Part shown: in pieces, positions 12,501 through 26,346 of the stretch
How positions within the stretch are numbered: the stretch's first letter is position 1
How the letters are laid out: every line of letters starts with the position of its first letter
Source of the DNA: Yuukianura sp. NJ FZ-2021
Lineage: Eukaryota
Direction: 5' to 3'
Length of the DNA stretch: 64,000 nucleotides
Assembly: GCA_046563655.1 (NCBI GenBank)
Contig: JAJCTO010000009.1
Span: 310,001 to 374,000 of the forward strand
The notes under the pieces: generated by a model
Seen by the model: the letters and a program-made list of their open reading frames with translations, nothing else
Databases searched by the model: none
What the model was told of the DNA's origin: nothing
Position numbers and translations under genes: made by a program

Positions 12501-15500
12501 CCGAACAAACTTATTAAGTGTAGGATGCTCCACGCTCGAACACAATCTACGAACGTTTTGCAAGTATTTTGCCTCAATTACGCGTAAACTTACTGCAGCC
12601 GGAAGGCGTTTGGTGGACATTGATAAAAGCTGAAAACTCAGGCATGCGACACTGACTTGTTATGTGCCTGAGAATACTATTTAAATTTTCAAACCAGATT
12701 TAAACGCGCAGTAAATTTTTTCCTGGCCATTCTTCCCTTAAGAACGACTTCAGTATTTTCTCGGCAAGAGCTAGGTTTGAAAATCCTCCGAACAACCTTA
12801 TTAAGTGTAGGATGCTCCACGCTCGAACACAATCTACGAGCGTTTTGCAAGTATTTTGCCTCACTTACGCGTAAACTTACTGCAGCCGGAAGGCGGTTGG
12901 TGGACATTGATAAAAGGTAAAAACTTAGAAACTCGACAGGGACTTGTTATGTGCCTGAGAATACTATTTAAATTTTAAACCAGATTTAAATGCGCCGTAA
13001 TTTTGTGCCTGGCCATTCTTCACTTAAGAACGACTTCAGTATTTTCGCGGCAAGAGCTAGGTTTGAAAATCCTCCGAACAACCTTATTAAGTGTAGGATG
13101 CTCCACGCTCGAACACAATCTACGAACGTTTTGCAAGTATTTTGCTTCAATTACGCGTAAACTTACTGCAGCCGGAAGGCGTTTGGTGGACATTGATAAA
13201 AGCTGAAAACTTAGGCATGCGACACTTACTTGTTCTGTGCCTGAGAATACTATTTAAATTTTCAAACCAGATTTAAATGCGCAGTAATTTTGTTGCTGGC
13301 CATTCTTCACTTAAGAACGACTTCAGTATTTTCGCGGCAAGAGCTAGGTTTGAAAATCCTCCGAACAAAATTATTAAGTGTAGGATGCTCCCCGCTCGAA
13401 CACAATCTACAAAGGTTTTGCAAGGATTTTGCCTCAATTACGCGTAAACTTACTGCAGCCGGAAGGCGTTGGGTGGACATTGATAAAAGCTGAAAACTTA
13501 GGCATGCGACAGGGACTTGTTATGTGCCTGAGAATACTATTTAAATTTTCAAATCAGATTTAAATGCGCAGTAATTTTGTTGCTGGCCATTCTTCACTTA
13601 AGAACGACTTCAGTATTTTTGCGGCAAGAGCTAGGTTTGAAAATCCTCCGAACAAACTTATTAAGTGTAGGATGCTCCCCGCTCGAACACAATCTACATA
13701 CGTTTTGCAAGTATTTTGCCTCAATTACGCGTAAACTTACTGCAGCCGGAAGGCGTTTGGTGGACATTGATAAAAGGTAAAAACTTAGAAACTCGACAGG
13801 GACTTGTTATGTGCCTGAGAATACTATTTAAATTTTCAAACCAGATTTAAATGCGCAGTAATTTTGTTGCTGGCCATTCTTCACTTAAGAACGACTTCAG
13901 TATTTTCGCGGCAAGAGCTAGGTTTGAAAATCCTCCGAACAACCTTATTAAGTGTAGGATGCTCCCCGCTCGAACACAATCTACGAACGTTTTGCAAGTA
14001 TTTTGCCTCAATTACGCGTAAACTTACTGTAGCCGGAAGGCGTTTGGTGGACATTGATAAAAGCTGAAAACTTAGGCATGCGACACTGACTTGTTCTGTA
14101 CTGAGAATACTATTTAAATTTTCAAACCAGATTTAAATGCGCCGTAACTTTGTGCTGGCCATTCTTTACTTAAGAACGACTTCAGTATTTTCGCGGCAAA
14201 GGCTAGGTTTGAAAATCTTCCGAACAACCTTATTAAGTGTAGGATGCTCCACGCTCGAACACAATCTACGAGCGTTTTGCAAGTATTTTGCCTCACTTAC
14301 GCGTAAACTTACTGCAGCCGGAAGGCGGTTGGTGGACATTGATAAAAGGTAAAAACTTAGAAACTCGACAGGGACTTGTTATGTGCCTGAGAATACTATT
14401 TAAATTTTCAAACCAGATTTAAATGCGCAGTAATTTTGTTGCTGGCCATTCTTCACTTAAGAACGACTTCAGTATTTTCGCGGCAAGAGCTAGGTTTGAA
14501 AATCCTCCGAACAACCTTATTAAGTGTAGGATGCTCCCCGCTCGAACACAATCTACGAACGTTTTGCAAGTATTTTGCCTCAATTACGCGTAAACTTACT
14601 GTAGCCGGAAGGCGTTTGGTGGACATTGATAAAAGCTGAAAACTTAGGCATGCGACACTGACTTGTTCTGTACTGAGAATACTATTTAAATTTTCAAACC
14701 AGATTTAAATGCGCCGTAACTTTGTGCTGGCCATTCTTTACTTAAGAACGACTTCAGTATTTTCGCGGCAAAGGCTAGGTTTGAAAATCCTAGGAACAAC
14801 CGAATTAAGTGTAGGATGCTCCACGCTCGAACACAATCTACGAACGTTTTGCAAGTATTTTGCCTCAATTACGCGTAAACTTACTGCAGCCGGAAGGCGT
14901 TTGGTGGACATTGATAAAAGCTGAAAACTTAGGCATGCGACACTGACTTGTTCTGTGCCTGAGAATACTATTTAAATTTTCAAACCAGATTTAAATGCGC
15001 CGTAATTTTGTGCTGGCCATTCTTCACTTAAGAACGACTTCAGTATTTTCGCGGCAAGAGCTAGGTTTGAAAATCCTCCGAACAACCTTATTAAGTGTAG
15101 GATGCTCCACGCTCGAACACAATCTACGAACGTTTAGCAAGTATTTTGCCTCAATTACGCGTAAACTTACTGTAGCCGGAAGGCGTTTGGTGGACATTGA
15201 TAAAAGCTGAAAACTTAGGCATGCGACACTGACTTGTTCTGTACTGAGAATACTATTTAAATTTTCAAACCAGATTTAAATGCGCCGTAATTTTGTGCTG
15301 GCCATTCTTTACTTAAGAACGACTTCAGTATTTTCTCGGCAAGAGCTAGGTTTGAAAATCCTCCGAACAACCTTATTAAGTGTAGGATGCTCCCCGCTCG
15401 AACACAATCTACGAACGTTTTGCAAGTATTTTGCCTCAATTACGCGTAAACTTACTGCAGCCGGAAGGCGTTTGGTGGACATTGATAAAAGCAGAAAACT

Positions 15501-18500
15501 TAGGCATGCGACAGGGACTTGTTCTGTGCCTGAGAATACTATTTAAATTTTCAAACCAGATTTAAATGCGCCGTAATTTTGTGCTGGCCATTCTTCACTT
15601 AAGAACGACTTCAGTATTTTCGCGGCAAGAGCTAGGTTTGAAAATCCTCCGAACAACCTTATTAAGTGTAGGATGCTCCCCGCTCGAACACAATCTACGA
15701 ACGTTTTGCAAGTATTTTGCCTCAATTACGCGTAGACTTATAGCAGCCGGAAGGCGTTTGGTGGACATTGATAAAAGCTGAAAACTCAGGCATGCGACAC
15801 TGACTTCTTCTGTGCCTGAGAATACTATTTAAATTTTCAAACCAGATTTAAATGCGCAGTAATTTTGTTGCTGGCCATTCTTCACTTAAGAACGACTTCA
15901 GTATTTTCGCGGCAAAGGCTAGGTTTGAAAATCCTAGGAACAACCTTATTAAGTGTAGGATGCTCCACGCTCGAACACAATCTACGAACGTTTTGCAAGT
16001 ATTTTGCCTCAATTACGCGTAGACTTACTGCAGCCGGAAGGCGTTTGGTGGACATTGATAAAAGCTGAAAACTCAGGCATGCGACACTGACTTGTTCTGT
16101 GCCTGAGAATACTATTTAAATTTTCAAACCAGATTTAAATGCGCAGTAATTTTGTTGCTGGCCATTCTTCACTTAAGAACGACTTCAGTATTTTCGCGGC
16201 AAGAGCTAGGTTTGAAAATCCTAGGAACAACCTTATTAAGTGTAGGATGCTCCACGCTCGAACACAATCTACGAACGTTTTGCAAGTATTTTGCCTCAAT
16301 TACGCGTAAACTTACTGCAGCCGGAAGGCGTTTGGTGGACATTGATAAAAGCTGAAAACTTAGGCATGCGACACTGACTTGTTCTGTGCCTGAGAATACT
16401 ATTTAAATTTTCAAACCAGATTTAAATGCGCCGTAATTTTGTGCTGGCCATTCTTCACTTAAGAACGACTTCAGTATTTTCGCGGCAAGAGCTAGGTTTG
16501 AAAATCCTCCGAACAACCTTATTAAGTGTAGGATGCTCCACGCTCGAACACAATCTACGAACGTTTAGCAAGTATTTTGCCTCAATTACGCGTAAACTTA
16601 CTGTAGCCGGAAGGCGTTTGGTGGACATTGATAAAAGCTGAAAACTTAGGCATGCGACACTGACTTGTTCTGTGCCTGAGAATACTATTTAAATTTTCAA
16701 ACCCGATTTAAATGCGCAGTAATTTTGTTGCTGGCCATTCTTCACTTAAGAACGACTTCAGTATTTTCGCGGCAAGAGCTAGGTTTGAAAATCCTCCGAA
16801 CAAAATTATTAAGTGTAGGATGCTCCCCGCTCGAACACAATCTACAAAGGTTTTGCAAGTATTTTGCCTCAATTACGCGTAAACTTACTGCAGCCGGAAG
16901 GCGTTGGGTGGACATTGATAAAAGCTGAAAACTTAGGCATGCGACACTGACTTGTTCTGTGCCTGAGAATACTATTTAAATTTTCAAATCCGATTTAAAT
17001 GCGCAGTAATTTTGTTGCTGGCCATTCTTCACTTAAGAACGACTTCAGTATTTTTGCGGCAAGAGCTAGGTTTGAAAATCCTCCGAACAAACTTATTAAG
17101 TGTAGGATGCTCCCCGCTCGAACACAATCTACATACGTTTTGCAAGTATTTTGCCTCAATTACGCGTAAACTTACTGCAGCCGGAAGGCGTTTGGTGGAC
17201 ATTGATAAAAGCTGAAAACTTAGGCATGCGACACTTACTTGTTCTGTACTGAGAATACTATTTAAATTTTCAAACCAGATTTAAATGCGCAGTAATTTTG
17301 TTGCTGGCCATTCTTCACTTAAGAACGACTTCAGTATTTTCGCGGCAAGAGCTAGGTTTGAAAATCCTCCGAACAACCTTATTAAGTGTAGGATGCTCCC
17401 CGCTCGAACACAATCTACGAACGTTTTGCAAGTATTTTGCCTCAATTACGCGTAAACTTACTGTAGCCGGAAGGCGTTTGGTGGACATTGATAAAAGCTG
17501 AAAACTTAGGCATGCGACACTGACTTGTTCTGTACTGAGAATACTATTTAAATTTTCAAACCAGATTTAAATGCGCCGTAACTTTGTGCTGGCCATTCTT
17601 TACTTAAGAACGACTTCAGTATTTTCGCGGCAAAGGCTAGGTTTGAAAATCCTAGGAACAACCTTATTAAGTGTAGGATGCTCCACGCTCGAACACAATC
17701 TACGAACGTTTTGCAAGTATTTTGCCTCAATTACGCGTAAACTTACTGCAGCCGGAAGGCGTTTGGTGGACATTGATAAAAGCTGAAAACTTAGGCATGC
17801 GACACTGACTTGTTTTGTGCCTGAGAATACTATTTAAATTTTCAAACCAGATTTAAATGCGCAGTAATTTTGTTGCTGGACATTCTTCACTTAAGAACGA
17901 CTTCAGTATTTTCGCGGCAAGAGCTAGGTTTGAAAATCCTCCGAACAAACTTATTAAGTGTAGGATGCTCCACGCTCGAACACAATCTACGAACGTTTAG
18001 CAAGTATTTTGCCTCAATTACGCGTAAACTTACTGTAGCCGGAAGGCGTTTGGTGGACATTGATAAAAGCTGAAAACTTAGGCATGCGACACTGACTTGT
18101 TCTGTACTGAGAATACTATTTAAATTTTCAAACCAGATTTAAATGCGCCGTAATTTTGTGCTGGCCATTCTTTACTTAAGAACGACTTCTGTATTTTCGC
18201 GGCAAGAGCTAGGTTTGAAAATCCTCCGAACAACCTTATTAAGTGTAGGATGCTCCCCGCTCGAACACAATCTACGAACGTTTTGCAAGTATTTTGCCTC
18301 AATTACGCGTAAACTTACTGCAGCCGGAAGGCGTTTGGTGGACATTGATAAAAGCTGAAAATTTAGGCATGCGACACTTACTTGTTCTGTGCCTGAGAAT
18401 ACTATTTAAATTTTCAAACCAGATTTAAATGCGCAGTAATTTCGTTCCTGGCCATTCTTCACTTAAGAACGACTTCAGTATTTTCTCGGCAAGAGCTAGG

Positions 18501-19329
18501 TTTGAAAATCCTCCGAACAACCTTATTAAGTGTAGGATGCTCCCCGCTCGAACACAATCTACGAACGTTTTGCAAGTATTTTGCCTCAATTACGCGTAAA
18601 CTTACTGCAGCCGGAAGGCGTTTGGTGGACATTGATAAAAGCTAAAAATTTAGGCATGCGACACTGACTTGTTCTGTGCCTGAGAATACTATTTAAATTT
18701 TCAAACCAGATTTAAATGCGCAGTAATTTCGTTCCTGGCCATTCTTCACTTAAGAACGACTTCAGTATTTTCTCGGCAAGAGCTAGGTTTGAAAATCCTC
18801 CGAACAACCTTATTAAGTGTAGGATGCTCCCCGCTCGAACACAATCTACGAACGTTTTGCAAGTATTTTGCCTCAATTACGCGTAGACTTACTGCAGCCG
18901 GAAGGCGTTTGGTGGACATTGATAAAAGCTGAAAACTCAGGCATGCGACAGGGACTTGTTATGTGCCTGAGAATACTATTTAAATTTTCAAACCAGATTT
19001 AAATGCGCAGTAATTTTGTTGCTGGCCATTCTTCACTTAAGAACGACTTCAGTATTTTCTCGGCAAGAGCTAGGTTTGAAAATCCTCCGAACAACCTTAT
19101 TAAGTGTAGGATGCTCCACGCTCGAACACAATCTACGAACGTTTTGCAAGTATTTTGCCTCAATTACGCGTAAACTTACTGCAGCCGGAAGGCGTTTGGT
19201 GGACATTGATAAAAGCTGAAAACTTAGGCATGCGACACTGACTTCTTCTGTGCCTGAGAATACTATTTAAATTTTCAAACCAGATTTAAATGCGCAGTAA
19301 TTTTGTTCCTGGCCATTCTTCACTTAAGA

Positions 19330-20013
19330 TTACGGTGGACAGATTCGCTTATTACCGAATTTCCCATAAGACTTCTGGTGCACTTCTTGACTGATTGGTA
19401 AGACCCTCAGAAAACTACGACCACACTTTTCGCATTAGCACACGCTAATAAACAGCACACCTGACGATTATTTGACGAAAACAGGACCCTTCGCCCAGAA
19501 AACTTAGCTTTTCTGGAAGATGTTTCTGAAATCCTGGGAAAACCCAGAAAAGCTAAGTTTTCTGGGCGAAGGGTCCTGTTTTCGTCAAATAATCGTCAGG
19601 TGTGCTGTTTATTAGCGTGTGCTAATGCGAAAAGTGTGGTCGTAGTTTTCTGAGGGTCTTACCAATCAGTCAGGAAGTGCACTAGAACATTGGGTCAGAG
19701 TTCACGAATTTCTGGTTTACAATTTACAATTTCGTATTACGTCACTAAGAGTTGGGGCACCCTGAGAATTGAGGCTATGAAATGGCTCATCCACTTCGTC
19801 TAACAGTTTAAAAAAAACCGCGAATGGTTCTCAAAATTGAAATTTAACGCCGTGATTCGAGTGAGTTAGCCTGAGTTATGCAAAATTTCAATCGTAAAGA
19901 ATCCACCCGTTCGGGTTTTTCATGATTACGTAGTCTGTAAATTCTCAATTCTCAGTCGTTGCCATGCCTACAAAACATTCTCTGGCGTTATTTTTATTGA
20001 CCTCCTGTCTCTC
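19330..20013. mobile_element. Unclassified non-coding insertion (probable non-autonomous DNA transposon) with long internal inverted repeat
   Basis: 684 bp of non-satellite DNA flanked by cttaaga (19323-19329 and 20014-20020). It can equally be read as a TTAA duplication with element 19328-20014 (GA...CC ends). No recognisable ORF and no clean TIRs. Confidence 0.75.
19373..19687. repeat. Inverted repeat: 144-bp arms, 27-bp spacer
   Basis: 19373-19516 is the reverse complement of 19544-19687. I see two mismatches, both near the outer end (ttctGgtgcacttcTtga vs ttctAgtgcacttcCtga). Confidence 0.97.
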
Positions 20014-20497
20014 CTTAAGAACGACTTCAGTATTTTCGCGGCAAAGGCTAGGTTTGAAAATCCTAGGAACAACCGTATTAAGTGTAGGATGCTCCACGCT
20101 CGAACACAATCTACGAACGTTTTGCAAGTATTTTGCCTCAATTACGCGTAAACTTACTGCAGCCGGAAGGCGTTTGGTGGACATTGATAAAAGCTGAAAA
20201 CTTAGGCATGCGACACTGACTTGTTCTGTGCCTGAGAATACTATTTAAATTTTCAAACCAGATTTAAATGCGCCGTAATTTTGTGCTGGCCATTCTTCAC
20301 TTAAGAACGACTTCAGTATTTACGCGGCAAGAGCTAGGTTTGAAAATCCTCCGAACAAACTTATTAAGTGTAGGATGCTCCACGCTCGAACACAATCTAC
20401 GAACGTTTAGCAAGTATTTTGCCTCAATTACGCGTAAACTTACTGTAGCCGGAAGGCGTTTGGTGGACATTGATAAAAGCTGAAAACTTAGGCATGC

Positions 20498-21971
20498 ACA
20501 AATCGCTCTGACTGATCTTATTTATGCTCATCTAAATCGGGGCGAAGTGTGCATAGTGCTTTCTCTGGATTTAAGAAAAGCTTTCGACACAGTTGACAAG
20601 GGCATACTTTGTGAAAAACTACGTTGGTACAACGTAGCATCTCCATGGTTTGAGTCATATTTGAATGGCAGATCTCAAAGTGTTAAAACTAACGGTGAAA
20701 GTTCAATCTCCAGAGAAACAATTTTATCAGTACCACAAGGTTCTGTATTAGGTCCATTCCTGTTCTCCATTATGATCAATGATCTCCCATACGCTATTAG
20801 ACATGGATCTCCAGTGCTTTTTGCGGACGACAACAATATTGTGCTGGGAGGTCGATTGGAACATTTGGAACAACTAATCGTCAACGCAGAGGAAACTATT
20901 GCTTCAGTAAATCAATGGACTGCAGAAAATCATGCGGGCCTGAATCTGGACAAAACCAAAGTGCTTGTTATTGGTAAACCAAGTCAAGTGAAACGAATTG
21001 GCAAAATTCAACTCAACATAGGTGACACAAGAATTATGAGCGTTGATTCATTCAAAACCCTTGGACTGGAACTAGACAATACACTTTCTTGGTCAAACCA
21101 CATAATCAGCATAACAAAAAATGTAACCGAATTCTGTGGTCGCTTTATCCAATTCAGCATCTCCTGTCGCATCACAACAGAAGACTAATGATCGTTTCAT
21201 ACATCTTCCCAATACTGCGTTACTTAATTGTCTTGTGGTCAAAATCAGTGCGTCACCAATTTAATAATATAAGCAAAATATTTCGAAAATGTGTCCGCTT
21301 CATTTTTAAACTGAAGAAACGGGAATGTGTAGACGCATTAATCCACCAACTAAAGTGGCTTCTACCTACCCAATTAAGTGCACTGGATCACTTACTCATC
21401 TATTCATCGATGATTCAGCACAACATTCCTTACTTCAAAGTCATCTCCACTGAAATCGCTAAGTATTCAGAAAACACAACCTCGACAAGATCAGGAGTGT
21501 ACATTGTACACAACCGCGCATATCACCCTAAATCTTTCGTTTCCTCAGTGTCTAGAATTCTGAACTCCATACCTGAAGAACACAGAGAAGCGGTCAAAAA
21601 CCCGGGACCAAGAACTAGAAAAATTCTGACTACTTTCTTTTTAAATCAGCAACTGCGATCAAGTTTGGATTCAAATCCTGATGAAGATACTGACCAGAGT
21701 TCCTCAGACTCTTCTTCTTAACTATTTTAACTATTTTATTTATTACTTTAAGTTTTGACTATAAGTTAGCAACAATTTTTTCACTTTCATTGCGTTCTCT
21801 TATTCATTTACTCTACTACTCTACTTAACTCTTTGTAACCATTAACTTTTAATTAGTAAATCAACTGTCACCTAATTTTAACTATAATCATATTGACATA
21901 ATTAGTAACCTAATACGCCATGGTGTAACTACCTGCTTGCAGGATACCATTCGGCCAATAAATCAATCAAT
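20498..21971 (+). mobile_element. 5'-truncated non-LTR retrotransposon (CR1/L2 group LINE)
   Basis: TSD catgc (20493-20497 and 21972-21976). Starts mid-RT, has an AT-rich 3' UTR, and ends aataaatcaatcaat (AATAAA plus a short tandem tail, no poly-A). Confidence 0.95.
20499..21721 (+). pseudogene. LINE ORF2 reverse transcriptase and C-terminal domain, 5'-truncated, one frameshift
   Basis: Motifs LDLRKAFDTVD, VPQGSVLGPFLFSIMINDL, LFADD, LNLDKTK and KTLGLELDNTLSWSNHI in ORF 20547..21188. The reading continues in ORF 21089..21721 after a 1-nt shift at the A run 21116-21121. The frame is open from 20499 (QIALTDLIYAHLNRGEV). Confidence 0.95.
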
Positions 21972-24900
21972 CATGCGACACTGACTTGTTCTGTACTGAG
22001 AATACTATTTAAATTTTCAAACCAGATTTAAATGCGCCGTAATTTTGTGCTGGCCATTCTTTACTTAAGAACGACTTCTGTATTTTCGCGGCAAGAGCTA
22101 GGTTTGAAAATCCTCCGAACAACCTTATTAAGTGTAGGATGCTCCCCGCTCGAACACAATCTACGAACGTTTTGCAAGTATTTTGCCTCAATTACGCGTA
22201 AACTTACTGCAGCCGGAAGGCGTTTGGTGGACATTGATAAAAGCTGAAAACTTAGGCATGCGACACTGACTTGTTCTGTGCCTGAGAATACTATTTAAAT
22301 TTTCAAACCAGATTTAAATGCGCCGTAATTTTTTTCGTTCCTGGCCATTCTTCACTTAAGAACGACTTCAGTATTTTCGCGGCAAGAGCTAGGTTTGAAA
22401 ATCCTCCGAACAAACTTATTAAGTGTAGGATGCTCCACGCTCGAACACAATCTACGAACGTTTAGCAAGTATTTTGCCTCAATTACGCGTAAACTTACTG
22501 TAGCCGGAAGGCGTTTGGTGGACATTGATAAAAGCTGAAAACTTAGGCATGCGACACTGACTTGTTCTGTACTGAGAATACTATTTAAATTTTCAAACCA
22601 GATTTAAATGCGCCGTAATTTTGTGCTGGCCATTCTTTACTTAAGAACGACTTCTGTATTTTCGCGGCAAGAGCTAGGTTTGAAAATCCTCCGAACAAAC
22701 TTATTAAGTGTAGGATGCTCCCCGCTCGAACACAATCTACGAACGTTTTGCAAGTATTTTGCCTCAATTACGCGTAAACTTACTGCAGCCGGAAGGCGTT
22801 TGGTGGACATTGATAAAAGCTGAAAACTTAGGCATGCGACACTGACTTGTTCTGTGCCTGAGAATACTATTTAAATTTTCAAACCAGATTTAAATGCGCC
22901 GTAATTTTGTGCTGGCCATTCTTCACTTAAGAACGACTTCAGTATTTTCGCGGCAAGAGCTAGGTTTGAAAATCCTCCGAACAAACTTATTAAGTGTAGG
23001 ATGCTCCACGCTCGAACACAATCTACGAACGTTTAGCAAGTATTTTGCCTCAATTACGCGTAAACTTACTGTAGCCGGAAGGCGTTTGGTGGACATTGAT
23101 AAAAGCTGAAAACTTAGGCATGCGACACTGACTTGTTCTGTACTGAGAATACTATTTAAATTTTCAAACCAGATTTAAATGCGCCGTAATTTTGTGCTGG
23201 CCATTCTTTACTTAAGAACGACTTCTGTATTTTCGCGGCAAGAGCTAGGTTTGAAAATCCTCCGAACAAACTTATTAAGTGTAGGATGCTCCCCGCTCGA
23301 ACACAATCTACGAACGTTTTGCAAGTATTTTGCCTCAATTACGCGTAAACTTACTGCAGCCGGAAGGCGTTTGGTGGACATTGATAAAAGCTGAAAACTT
23401 AGGCATGCGACACTGACTTGTTCTGTGCCTGAGAATACTATTTAAATTTTCAAACCAGATTTAAATGCGCCGTAATTTTGTGCTGGCCATTCTTCACTTA
23501 AGAACGACTTCAGTATTTTCGCGGCAAGAGCTAGGTTTGAAAATCCTCCGAACAAACTTATTAAGTGTAGGATGCTCCACGCTCGAACACAATCTACGAA
23601 CGTTTAGCAAGTATTTTGCCTCAATTACGCGTAAACTTACTGTAGCCGGAAGGCGTTTGGTGGACATTGATAAAAGCTGAAAACTTAGGCATGCGACACT
23701 GACTTGTTCTGTACTGAGAATACTATTTAAATTTTCAAACCAGATTTAAATGCGCCGTAATTTTGTGCTGGCCATTCTTTACTTAAGAACGACTTCTGTA
23801 TTTTCGCGGCAAGAGCTAGGTTTGAAAATCCTCCGAACAAACTTATTAAGTGTAGGATGCTCCCCGCTCGAACACAATCTACGAACGTTTTGCAAGTATT
23901 TTGCCTCAATTACGCGTAAACTTACTGCAGCCGGAAGGCGTTTGGTGGTCATTGATAAAAGCTGAAAATTTAGGCATGCGACACTGACTTGTTCTGTGCC
24001 TGAGAATACTATTTAAATTTTCAAACCAGATTTAAATGCGCCGTAATTTTGTGCTGGCCATTCTTCACTTAAGAACGACTTCAGTATTTTCGCGGCAAGA
24101 GCTAGGTTTGAAAATCCTCCGAACAACCTTATTAAGTGTAGGATGCTCCCCGCTCGAACACAATCTACGAACGTTTTGCAAGTATTTTGCCTCAATTACG
24201 CGTAAACTTACTGCAGCCGGAAGGCGTTTGGTGGACATTGATAAAAGCAGAAAACTTAGGCATGCGACACTGACTTGTTCTGTACAGAGAATACTATTTA
24301 AATTTTCAAACCAGATTTAAATGCGCCGTAATTTTGTGCTGGCCGTTCTTCACTTAAGAACGACTTCAGTATTTTCGCGGCAAGAGCTAGGTTTGAAAAT
24401 CCTCCGAACAAACTTATTAAGTGTAGGATGCTCCCCGCTCGAACACAATCTACGAACGTTTTGCAAGTATTTTGCCTCAATTACGCGTAAACTTACTGCA
24501 GCCGGAAGGCGTTTGGTGGACATTGATAAAAGCAGAAAACTTAGGCATGCGACACTGACTTGTTCTGTACTGAGAATACTATTTAAATTTTCAAACCAGA
24601 TTTAAATGCGCCGTAATTTTGTGCTGGCCGTTCTTCACTTAAGAACGACTTCAGTATTTTCGCGGCAAGAGCTAGGTTTGAAAATCCTCCGAACAAACTT
24701 ATTAAGTGTAGGATGCTCCCCGCTCGAACACAATCTACGAACGTTTTGCAAGTATTTTGCCTCAATTACGCGTAGACTTACTGCAGCCGGAAGGCGTTTG
24801 GTGGACATTGATAAAAGCTGAAAACTCAGGCATGCGACACTGACTTGTTCTGTGCCTGAGAATACTATTTAAATTTTCAAACCAGATTTAAATGCGCAGT

Positions 24901-26346
24901 AATTTTGTTGCTGGCCATTCTTCACTTAAGAACGACTTCAGTATTTTCGCGGCAAAGGCTAGGTTTGAAAATCCTAGGAACAACCTTATTAAGTGTAGGA
25001 TGCTCCACGCTCGAACACAATCTACGAACGTTTTGCAAGTATGTTGCCTCAATTACGCGTAGACTTACTGCAGCCGGAAGGCGTTTGGTGGACATTGATA
25101 AAAGCTGAAAACTCAGGCATGCGACACTGACTTCTTCTGTGCCTGAGAATACTATTTAAATTTTCAAACCCGATTTAAATGCGCAGTAATTTTGTTGCTG
25201 GCCATTTTTCACTTAAGAACGACTTCAGTATTTTCGCGGCAAAAGCTAGGTTTGAAAATCCTCCGAACAAACTTATTAAGCGTAGGATGCTCCCCGCTCG
25301 AACACAATCTACAGACGTTTTGCAAGTATTTTGCCTCAATTACGCGTAAACTTACTGCAGCCGGAAGGCGTTTGGTGGACATTGATAAAAGCTGAAAACT
25401 TAGGCATGCGACACTGACTTGTTCTGTGCCTGAGAATACTATTTAAATTTTCAAACCCGATTTAAATGCGCAGTAATTTTGTTGCTGGCCATTCTTCACT
25501 TAAGAACGACTTCAGTATTTTCGCGGCAAGAGCTAGGTTTGAAAATCCTCCGAACAACCTTATTAAGTGTAGGATGCTCCCCGCTCGAACACAATCTACA
25601 AACGTTTTGCAAGTATTTTGCCTCAATTACGCGTAAACTTACTGCAGCCGGAAGGCGTTTGGTGGACATTGATAAAAGCTGAAAACTTAGGCATGCGACA
25701 CTGACCTGTTCTGTGCCTGAGAATACTATTTAAATTTTCAAACCAGATTTAAATGCGCAGTAATTTTGTTGCTGGCCATTCTTCACTTAAGAACGACTTC
25801 AGTATTTTCGCGGCAAGAGCTAGGTTTGAAAATCCTAGGAACAAAATTATTAAGTGTAGGATGCTCCACGCTCGAACACAATCTACGAACGTTTTGCAAG
25901 TATTTCGCCTCAATTACGCGTAAACTTACTGCAGCCGGAAGGCGTTTGGTGGGCATTGATAAAAGCTGAAAACTTAGGCATGCGACACTGACTTGTTCTG
26001 TGCCTGAGAATACTATTTAAATTTTCAAACCAGATTTAAATGCGCCGTAATTTTGTGCTGGCCATTCTTCACTTAAGAACGACTTCAGTATTTTCGCGGC
26101 AAGAGCTAGGTTTGAAAATCCTCCGAACAAACTTATTAAGTGTAGGATGCTCCCCGCTCGAACACAATCTACGAACGTTTTGCAAGTATTTTGCCTCAAT
26201 TACGCGTAGACTTACTGCAGCCGGAAGGCGTTTGGTGCACAGTGATAAAAGCTGAAAACTCAGGCATGCGACACTGACTTCTTCTGTGCCTGAGAATACT
26301 ATTTAAATTTTCAAACCAGATTTAAATGCGCCGTAATTTTGTGCTG

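Noticed and set aside
19330..20013. Classical MITE or piggyBac call for the second insertion
   Set aside because: The long inverted repeat is internal rather than terminal, and the ends lack the piggyBac CC(C/T) motif.
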